This document shows positions 53,587 to 64,000 of a stretch of 64,000 nucleotides of DNA, in pieces. A program made the translations under genes and the position numbers. Every line of letters begins with the position of its first letter. The stretch's first letter is position 1. Below the pieces are notes generated by a model. That model was not told where the DNA came from. It saw only the letters and a program-made list of their open reading frames with translations, and ran no database searches. The DNA comes from Chrysomallon squamiferum (taxonomy: Eukaryota; Animalia; Mollusca). The stretch lies in assembly GCA_012295275.1 (NCBI GenBank), contig CM022675.1, forward strand, positions 8,804,001 through 8,868,000, in the 5' to 3' direction.

Positions 53587-56500
53587 ATCCATTTAGTTAC
53601 CATTTAATTAATCTATTCACTGGGAGGTAAACTGTTATTTCTTAACGTTTGTTTCAAAAACAGCAAGATTTTAAAGACAGTTTTTCCAAAATATTTTACC
53701 AATATTTTCAAATATTTTGTTTACTGGAGTATCACAACAAGTTTTCAAGCATTTGTAAAAGATTTTTCTGTCCAAAAATTACTGAACATAATTATAATGC
53801 TAATGAGAAACAAACAATTATGTTTCAGATGCAAACAAATGTTTGAAAATACAAAACAAATGAATATGGGGCAAAGAAGATCATAACATAACAACAAAAA
53901 GAGAGAAAGATAAAAATTAAAATGAGATATCACAACCTTTTTTTACATTAAATGTTTTTTATAAGAGTTATGAGCAGTATGAAATAATTATAAATATATA
54001 AAATCAAATTCTAATTTACATGAAGTGATTATTAGTTAAGAAATTTGCAGGTAAGTCAAAAATACTGTTCCATATTTACAAACAAGTAAAAGTTACATTA
54101 AATATGAACACTTTGTAATACTGGATGTTTAATTTCAAATAAATGAAACAAATTGAGACATGAAGATCTTAAGAAAAACATAAATTTACAAAAAGTCAAT
54201 AATTTTTTTTTTTTTTAAATGGTAGTTAATTCTATCATAAAATTGCAAGGAAAAAAAGAAAAAACATACAGTGTTTTCAGATGTTCAAAATATTTATACA
54301 GTTTTGAATAAAACTGGAAAAGAACAAAAAATGATGTAGATGAAATGCAGAATAATGTAATGAGGTAAATAAGAGACAAATGAGTAAATGAAAACTGGTG
54401 AACAAGAAGATAGTATCTGAGTATCACCATTTTATCATGTTCTACAAACGGTAAAAAAAAAAATTGTTCATGCACCAAATGATAAAAATAATGATTAGAT
54501 TCCAATATACTTGTGTAGTATTTCCAACGTGTAGTAAAAATAAAACAAAAATGTATATAAAACCAAATAACAAATACATAAATAAAAACATGTTTTTGAA
54601 AAATGAAAGATGGCTGATATGTTTAAAACAATCTATTAAGTAATATTAGGGGGAAAAAAAAAAAAAAAAACTTTTTAAAACGATTAAACAGAAATCAAAC
54701 TAGCCAAAAATATCTATCAGAAGTTAATAAATATAAATATTTTTGAATAATTAAACAAAACAAAAAAAAAAGCTGTATTTTAAAAATATTTTATCATGAT
54801 TTATATTAAATTTAACAAAAGAAACAAAAACTATAATTTTAATTTCTAAATGTAATTAGATTAGTTATAGCTATAATAATAATTATTATCTTCTTTTTTT
54901 TAAATATAAACGAATTAATCATTATCTAATTAAGAAATAATGATGAATATTTGACACATTTTGGTTATTACAATAACGGATAGTTTGAGACATATTTTAT
55001 ATTAAAATTTACATTTGGTATCTATTTATAGTAACTTCTGTGAATCTTTTCCTTAATTTTACCACCAAGTCACTGGATAATGTGATAAAAAAAATAAAAA
55101 ATGAAATAAAAATCTTCATTTGGCACTTTTCTGATTAATCGTTCACACCAGTATAATAATTTATGATTTGAATTCTAAACTCATACTTTCTCACATAAAT
55201 TATTTATAATATCTTTCTCTATTACTTCTGTTAATATAATTATTATCTTTTCTATTCTCATTTTTCTAACATCATTATTTATAATTATTTTCTGCACACA
55301 TTTTACTGGCATAATATGTATGATATCATTCAATATTAATTCTACTAATATAAATTACTGACTTTTTGATTCTGTGTTCATTTTATAAATAAACATTATA
55401 ACAATTCTAAAATGTTTAAAAATTATTAATGAACTAGTTTTACTAGCAGTGGTCTCTTTAGTTTCTATTTTTTATCACAAAAACATAAAAATCTATGTAT
55501 AAAAGAATAAAGCTATTCATTTTTTTGTTTTTGTTTTTTCATATTTTAACACATATACATCAAAAATAGCTATTCATTTTTTTTTATAAGATTATAAAAC
55601 ATCTATTTCAAAGAAACTAAAAATAAATGTTTTTTTCATTATTCTATAGTTATTTTGAAAATGTTTCAAGACCTAATATGTAAACATAAAAATAGCTTCT
55701 TCTTTTTTTAATTTTCTTTTTTGGACCACCATTTTGATTATAGGCTCATCTTAATTACATTTATTTTGAAAGCATGCTAAAAACATGGACAACAAATAAA
55801 TAATTATAATCTGGTGCCATGATAAACCATTTTGATTTGTTTTTATTTCAGAAAAAAAAAAAGACTAAAAAAATATTTTTTCAAAATGATTCAAGAAAAA
55901 ACATAATAAAATGAAAAAACTAAAAATTAAAAATAAAAATTTAAAAAAAAAAAAAACAAATACCATTAAATGTTATTCCTCATTCTTCTTTACAATTAAA
56001 ACTTTCTTCAAAGTAGCAGCAGCAATATTTTAACTGCTTTTCTTTTTTGTTATTGTATTTTTAAATTTTGTTCTATGAATGACAGAATTCAAAATGGAAG
56101 TGAATTTAATATAAAATAAAATTAAACAACGATTTTCCCAATGAGAAGAAAAACCTTTAGCATTTTAAAATACTGAACTAAATAAAGGAGAGATGCAATC
56201 ACAGACGTACAGACAGATGGACATTTCTGTCATTATCACATATCTTTCGTTTGTAGTTGTCATGGGGATGATGGTTGAAAAAACAAACCAAAAATAAACA
56301 AAAATCAAACGAACATACATTCACAATATAATTTTTTTTTTTTTTTTTTTTTAAAGCAAAATAATAGAAACAACAAAAGCATTGTAAAATCAAGTTACAA
56401 ATCAGAAAAAATAATCTCATTATCAGACAAAATAACGTACATGATGACAAAAAAATATTTACAAATAAAACATATTTTTCCTCCATTCGAAAAACTAAAT

Positions 56501-57804
56501 GTGATGAATATAAATGAATACGATGTAAACGATAATAATTGAGTCTGTTGTTTTAAATTAAAAAATGCTGAGGTCTAATTAACTTCTTCCTGTCAAACAC
56601 AGGAAGTTCAAATTCCAAAATACTGTTTTCTCAAAAATACCTCTTGCAGATGATACTATATACTCAAATTTTGTCTTCCATGATTATTATTTTTTTTTAA
56701 ATTATTTATTTTTATATTCACTTATTATTTTATATTTATATTTTTATTTTTTTTTTTTTTTTTTTTTTTTGCTAGTATTTGTTGGTGGTAATATTAAAAA
56801 AAAAAAAAAAATTAAAAATTTATAAAATTAACTGTACGGTCATATTTTGTCTTCATTGATTTATTTTTTTAAATTATTTATTCATACATTGACTTTTTAT
56901 TTTATATTAACATTTTTTTTTTTTTTCTTCCTCTGGCTAGTATTAGTCGGGGGTAATATTTTAAAAAATAATAATTTTAAATTTTAAAAAAATAATAATT
57001 ATAAAAAGAAAGGTGAAAGAATTTCCTCTGTGAACTATTTAAATAATAGAATTCTGCAAAAAATATCCTGATAAGAATAAAATAATAAATTCTGATATGT
57101 ATTACACAGTCACTTCACAATTAGTCAATTTCTAGACTTTTGATTGTTTGTTTATTTATTTAATACAGAAATCATACAAAAATAAATATTTAGATATATA
57201 TATATATATATATACACATATTTCTGAGATTCAAAGAAGACTGAAATTTTGTCAGTTAACAATTACCTATTTTAAATAAGTTAACTATACCAAAAGGTAG
57301 AAGTAACATTTTGCACAAACCCATAAATCCATAACTGGAAAATCACGCAAGTAAGTATAAGATAGGTTATAAAGACCAAAAATAAGCAAAGAGTATTTCA
57401 AGTGATAACTAATAAAACACAAATGTAATAAATGAAGTATTTTTATATTTTGATTTGAGATAAAAGGTAGCAGTTGTAAATAAGACATTATTTGAATATA
57501 AATTTTAGTTTCAAACCAGTTACTTTAAAAAAAACAAAGAAAAAAAACAAAATTTAACCAAAATAAACTTTTTTTAAATTATAATAGAATAAAACAATTA
57601 AAATGTTCCTGAAAGTTAATGTCTCTCTGGAGATTACTTTATTGTAAATAAATAATCATTTATTTTCTTACATCTGTTTTCAGGATAGTTTTTTTTTTTA
57701 AATAAAAAAATTCTTTGGGACACAAAGCTAATAATAAATACATCTGCCCATAATTAAAATACCTGTCAAGAAAATAGTACATACAAAGACCTGAATGCCG
57801 TTTG

Positions 57805-60800
57805 TCACTCAACTTTTACTGTATTCGTTGTCATGGCAACGGAAATGGCTGATCCTGCCTGACCAATCACCTGAACGGATCCCGCCAACTTGGTGGGCAA
57901 AGCTGCTGTGGTAGTTGTTGTTGTTGTTGTTGTTCTCTTCTCGGCTGTCATCACCGTAACCTTCTGCAACGCATTTGTCTGTCTGTCTGTGCAAAGGGTG
58001 TGTCTGGCTGCGACGTTTGTGACCGGAGCTGCGGTGGTTGTCAAGACGAAGGTCTCGACGGTGGGCTTGTGCGCGACCGTCTTGATGGTGCCAGGGGGGA
58101 GAACTCCGGTGCGAAACTGGACGGGCTGCGAAGGAATGGTGATGTGGTTGACGGACAGTTCTGTCGAATGATGTGTTGCAGTGTGGTTGCGTAGACCGTT
58201 CAGGGTCTTGTAGCTCTTGTTGCAGAAGCATTTGTATGATTTTTTAGTTCTGAAAATATAAATATTTTTTTTTCAATAAGATACGCTTTATAAAAACAGT
58301 TGCTAAAGGTTTTGTAACTTCTGTTGTAAACATTTGTAATAATTTTTAGTTCTGAAAATATAAATATTTTTCAATAAGATGCACATTATAAAATGGTTGA
58401 TGAAGGTTTTGTAACTTTTGTTGCAGAAACATTTGTAAGATTTTTTAGTTCTGAAAATATAAACATATTTTTTTTTAATAAGATGAACATTATAAAAACA
58501 GTTGCTAAAGGTTTTGAAACATTTATAATATTTTTTAGATCTGAAAATATCTGTAAGACTTTTTAATTTCTAGAAAAAATATTGCTGAAGGCTTTGTAAT
58601 GTTTATTGCAGAAACATTTGTAAGATTTTTTTTGTTCTGAAAAAATATATATTTTTTAAAGAAGATAAACATTCTGAAAGAATTCAAATTTTTTTTTAAT
58701 AAGATATACATTATAAGAACATCTGTAAGACTTTTTAATTTCTAGATTAGTTGCATAGACCATTGAGGGTCCTGTAGCTTTTGTTTTAGAAATATTTTAA
58801 GATTTTTTATTTCTGAAAATATTGATATTTTTGTAAAAACATTTTAATTCTTAGATTGGTTCTAGGGACTATTTAGTCTTCTGACTTTTTTGTACAGAAA
58901 CATATGTAAGATTTTTTTAAATACAAACATTAATAGTAACCTAAACACCAATATTTAACTAATATCAATAGTGATATAATTTATTAAAAAATACATTTAT
59001 AACAACAACAACAACAACAAAAAATTCTTATGTAAAGACTAGAATAAAGATGTATTTATTTATAAAAATTTTTTAAAATAAAATAAAATTATTTATGAAT
59101 AAATTTATAAAAACACTGACATTAAAAAAATTCTAAAATATTTTAAACTAATCTAAAGAGTAAAAATAGTTACTGCCAAATATCAAAATGAAAACTTTAT
59201 TTATAAATAAATTATTAAAAATACTGACATAAAATATATTGACATAAAAATTTTCCTAAATATTTTAAACTAATCTAAATGATATACATAAACACTGTCA
59301 AATATTTAAATAAATATTTTTAGAAAATTACAGACATAAAATATTTTAAACTAATCTGAAAAGTATAAACAGCTACTCACTCAGGTGGATTAGACGAATA
59401 CAACGTCTTCGTAACGATGCTGCTTTCAATGCGTGCTTTGTTGTTGCTGCAGTGGCCATGTCGGGCGTGGTACTTGATGCCGTTGACGTTTTTGTAGCGT
59501 TTCTTGCAGCCTGGGACAGGACACATGTAGGGTTTGTCTCCCTCCCGGTCATGCTGATTGCTCATCATACTGTAAACATATTTTTTATAATTTTGTTATT
59601 ATTTAGTTGCATCCATTTTGAAAATTTCATATCAGTTATATATATAGTTTTTGCTTATTTTATATTTTTATTATTATTTAGTTGCATTCATTTTGAAAAT
59701 TTCATATCAGTTTATATATATATATATAAATATTTTTTATATTTTTATTATTATTTAGTTGTATTCATTTTGAAAATTTCATATCGGTTTATATATATAT
59801 ATATTTTTTTTTATATTGTTCATTTTGAAAATTTCATATCAGTTGTATATATAGTTTTTGTTTATTTTATATTTTTATTATTATTTAGTTGCATTCATTT
59901 TGAAAATTTCATATCAGTTTATATATCTATATAAATATTTTTTATTTATTATTATTATTATTTAGTCGCATTCATTTTGAAAATTTCATATCAGTTATAT
60001 ATATAGTTTTTGCTTATTTTATATTTTTATTATTATTTAGTTGTATTCATTGTGAAAATTTCATAACAGTTTATATATATATATAAATATTTTTATATTT
60101 TTATTATTATTTATTTGTATTCATTTTGAAAATTTCATATCAGTTATATATATAGTTTTTGCTTATTTTATATTTTTATTATTATTTAGTTGTATTCATT
60201 TTGAAGATTTCATATCTGTTTATATAAATACTGTTTATTAAAATTTTAAATATAAATAGTTAGGAAAAAAAATTAACAAAATACTTTGATTACAATTTTT
60301 GATTTTGTTAATTGGGTTTTTTTTCAAACTGTATTTATGTTTAAAATTTTATATCAGTTTAAAATATATATATATTTAAAAATTGTGTATGGGTTTTTAA
60401 TCTTTATTTTGTTAAACTAATATTGCAAGTTGTATTTATTTTAAAACTTTCTTGTTTTTCTTTTTATTGTTTAAAATATGTTACTTTTTTTTTTAAATGA
60501 TCTTACTTTCTATTCCTGTTATTTATTTTTGTGTTGCTTTAATTTAAAAATATATAGATATCAACAATTACTAATTGTAATATTATTTTATTTTTTAAAT
60601 TAAATTTTCTACACACCTGAGAATGAGCTCAGGTGAGATCTCATCATTTCCTGCCCACGAATCAATGCTGTCTTCATCATCAGTCACAACATCTTCATCA
60701 TCTATTTCACTCTCTGAGATATAAAAAAATATCAGTTTGTTATTGATAATTATAAAAAATAAAATAAATAAAAATTATAAAAAAAAATGTTTAATAGTTA

Positions 60801-61806
60801 CATTTTTTCCCCACTATCCAAATAAAATACATCGTTTTATTTTTCTGAATTCAAAATAAAAATTCCTTATTTTAAATCAAATAAATAAATTTATTTTTAT
60901 TAATATATTAAGATTTGATTTACTTAATCAAAATTTAAAATAATAAAAAATTATTATTTATATTTTAAAAAATTTATAAATTTTTCTTAATCCAAATAAA
61001 AAAAAAAAAAATTTTAATTCATACAACACAAAATTTTATTTCATTTATTCAAAATTAAAAAATAAAAACATTTATAGCTCCCATTAATTAATTAAAGAAA
61101 TTAATTAATCAGAAATTCCTGATCAGTTCATGAAACGATGACTATTTACAGTCAAAAAACAAACATTGGAGGGTTTATTTCTAAATAACAAATCATTCAT
61201 TCATTCCATTCACAAGTTGATAAAAAAAAGACAAACAAAAAATTAAATATTAAAATAAAATAAAATGTTCAATTAGAGTTATGTAACCTGTCGGTGTACT
61301 ACAAGGTAGAGATAAGGCAGGAGAAATTCCTGATCAATTTATGAAACAATGACTACTTACAGTAAAAAAAAAAAAAAATTGGGGGGTTATTTCTAAATAA
61401 CAAATCATTCATTCATTCCATTCACAAAATGACAATTTTTTTTTTTTTTGTTTAAATTAAATATTAAAATAAAATAAAATGTTCAATTAGAGTTATGTAA
61501 CCTGTCGGTGTACTACAAGGTAGGGATAAGGCAGGAGACTGAGGCTGTATGTGTTTTTTGACAATGTCACCATCCTTCTTAGCCGCCTCAGTGAAAAACC
61601 TGAAAACACACAACATGACCATTTTAATTATATATATATATATATATATTCACTCAGACAGATAAGTACATTTAATATAAATTTATGAACATGCTTAGAC
61701 AGTGAGCAAGTAAGCATATACTCAACCATAGACAAAAAAAGCTACATAATATACACAGAATGTAAGTCTTTATTCATGTATTCTGAACTGATACACACAA
61801 ACACAC

Positions 61807-61838
<32 letters not shown>

Positions 61839-61960
61839 CCCTAGAAAAATGTACACATATATCCACACACATATCCCACACACATACAACCCACAAACTT
61901 GCAGATACACCCATACATACACACAAAAACTCATAAAAACTCTCACACACCAATATCAAT

Positions 61961-62003
<43 letters not shown>

Positions 62004-62125
62004 TATTTCTCTGTCTATTTTGTTCTCATTCCGAATTTATGTCATCATGTGTCTCTTTTCTCCAATTCCTTTTCTAATTTCTCATTTTCTCTAATTCCTT
62101 TTCTAATTTCCATTCTAATCTCTCC

Positions 62126-62166
<41 letters not shown>

Positions 62167-62263
62167 AACACTATTTAAATATTTTACTTACTTTAAAACG
62201 TAACTAAGGGCAACACGGCTGGCTGCTGAACTTCCTGTTTCTCATTCAATCTTGGGTCAGTGT
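57805..62263 (-). CDS. JAZF1: JAZF1 (juxtaposed with another zinc finger 1) orthologue; first coding exon not found in the window
   Basis: Exons (minus): 62263-62192 (DTDPRLNEKQEVQQPA[-1]VALSYVLK), 61599-61502 (FFTEAAKKDGDIVKKHIQP...STPT), 60713-60617 (ESEIDDEDVVTDDEDSIDSWAGNDEISPELILS), 59569-59381 (KPYMCPVPGCKKRYKNVNGIKYHARHGH), 58249-57805 (KSYKCFCNKSYKTLNGLRNHTATHH + Thr-rich tail). CPVPGCKKRYKNVNGIKYHA is characteristic of JAZF1. Confidence 0.93.
58250..58920. repeat. Degenerate ~100-bp tandem copies of the JAZF1 last intron/exon junction
   Basis: Repeats of ttgttgcagaaacatttgtaagattttttagttctgaaaatat, which is the acceptor plus the first codons of the final exon. Confidence 0.85.
59590..60220. 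repeat. About 75-bp minisatellite, about 9 copies, two alternating variants, next to a JAZF1 acceptor
   Basis: Core atttagttgcattcattttgaaaatttcatatcagtt recurs every ~75 bp, with one shortened unit. Confidence 0.92.
61111..61537. repeat. About 213-bp tandem duplication spanning a JAZF1 exon 3' end and splice donor
   Basis: agaaattcctgatca...gttcaattagagttatgtaacctgtcggtgtactacaaggtag.gataaggcaggaga is present twice. Confidence 0.92.
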
Positions 62264-64000
62264 CTAAAAAATAAAAACAAAAATTTTAAACAATAAAATA
62301 AATAAAAATACTATTTGGCAATTCAATTTTTATTTGTAAAGTTTTCAAATTTATATAATTTATTTTAACTTTTATCACCTATCTCAATGAACTACTCCAT
62401 TTTAAAATGATACTTGTTTTGTTTCGCATGCCCATAGTAGTTAAAGAATACCACTTGTGATTTAAGTCATAGTCATACTTCCAAGTTATGTGTTATTCAG
62501 TTTTTGCTATCCTTTTTTAACTAATAATCAAGTATAACATCCAAAGTAAAATTTTCTGTTCCCTAATGGCACACCATTATAAGCTAGGGTGATTTTTTTT
62601 TTTTTCACACTGGCCAGATATCCCTGACTGTGATTGTATTAAATGTATCCACTTGTGTAGGAATACAAAGAAAATACAAGAAAAATTTTTTACCTTAATT
62701 TTAAAAGATCACATGATAAGTAAAATAAATAGATTATCTCTTTTCTGAAAAACCTTTTAACAGCATTTAAATCCCATGAAATAATAATTTGTAAATGTAA
62801 GACAACTTTGGAGAGTCTTATTTTTTTTAAATTACTCTCACCATCATAATTAATGAATGTGTTTTTACTGGTTCTGAAATAGTTCCACCTTAAGCCAGAA
62901 TGTATTTTTAAAGAAGGCATATATTTTAATATGATAAAAAGCATTGACATATATCGTTACATAATGCATTCTTTTGCTTGACATTTCCTTTGTTCTTAAA
63001 TCTTTAGTATGCATATCTGTGTTATTTATTGGTGGTCTGATGAATGCCTGTGCAGAAAACATTTAATAAACAAATAATTAATGTAGCACATCATGTCCAT
63101 CATTGGTATTATTTATTACCTAAAATTCCCCACCCCCAGGCCGATTTGTCCGGACACCATTTTGTATACATGTATCTGTATTTTTCCATGATATCAAATG
63201 TCAGATATATTTTATGCACTGGAATAAAAGTATTCATAACCACTAAATCTAATGAACACTGCATATCTTAAAACATGTTGGGCGAGTATCAGCTTATAAA
63301 TTTGTGATTTATTTAAATAAACGTATGTCCACAATAACTGCTGGGATGGCAGGATTCTGAGTAAAAGATTTTTAACAGTCACAGTTGACAGTATCAGTTT
63401 CTGTACCACGGCCTTAATAAAATAAACGCGTTTGGTTTCTGCTTTAATCATTAAAATATTACCGCGAGATCATCGAATAAATAAAACATTTTTTTTTTAT
63501 CTGAAGTACAACGAGTTATTATACTAATAAACTATTAAACTGTATTTTAAAGAGTGTCATCTATCTAAAATATTTTTTGTCATCTGACAGTTTGCACGTG
63601 CGAAACCCACGTGCCAAACCCCATTTATAGAACATGTAAACATCCGACTTTAAACAATGTTAATTTTAAGTTGCATGCAAATGTGTTATTTCTGATCATA
63701 CATAACGATGCTATAAACAGTATGTACCGATGTGCGTTTCTTCGATGTGTTGAATAAGATCTGCAAGTGACGTAAATGTCAGTCCACATCCTTGAAATGT
63801 ACAATTATTTACTAAGAACACCGCCATTTGCAGCACCTGCAGCCTCGTTTTGATAATTAAATGTCAGCTGCTGAGATAAGACATTTTTTTAAAAACATTA
63901 AAATTATAAAATCCATTTAAAGTAAATTTCATTTAAATATATTTATTTTCATTAGCAGAACACTGTTAGTTATATAAAAAAATGAATTTCATTTTTTTTT

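Noticed and set aside
56660-56990. Old ~175-bp tandem duplication; similar ones at 21390-21720, 24336-24454 and 50280-50520
   Set aside because: Real but degenerate non-coding duplications with no evident consequence.
57809-58231. 140-aa alternative-frame ORF and + strand ORFs over the JAZF1 last exon
   Set aside because: The frame fixed by the zinc finger and splice phase is the one ending at 57805; the others are shadows.

Overview
Eukaryotic, very AT-rich and microsatellite-dense animal genomic DNA. A mollusc or other lophotrochozoan is inferred from the EGF+ZP gene type; the species cannot be determined. Most six-frame ORFs are microsatellite artefacts. Reading GT-AG junctions by hand gives five spliced genes: (1) the last three coding exons of a PEA3-group ETS factor (ETV1/4/5-like, +, <1..11337); (2) a 12-exon gamma-glutamyl transpeptidase (-, 15953..24931); (3) a 78-aa microprotein with a mitochondrial-presequence-like N-terminus and one hydrophobic segment (+, 27847..28617), only partly visible in the ORF track; (4) a 258-aa secreted EGF-EGF-ZP-N protein that lacks ZP-C and ends in a GPI-signal-like tail (-, 31924..41868); (5) JAZF1 without its first exon (-, 57805..62263). 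Three conserved genes each carry a 1-nt frameshift, most likely assembly error. The window also holds a decayed Tc1/mariner transposase, a hAT/Charlie-type MITE, a two-copy (GA)n-tailed repeat, and many minisatellites abutting or copying splice junctions, one of which creates a potential in-frame 42-nt JAZF1 exon.
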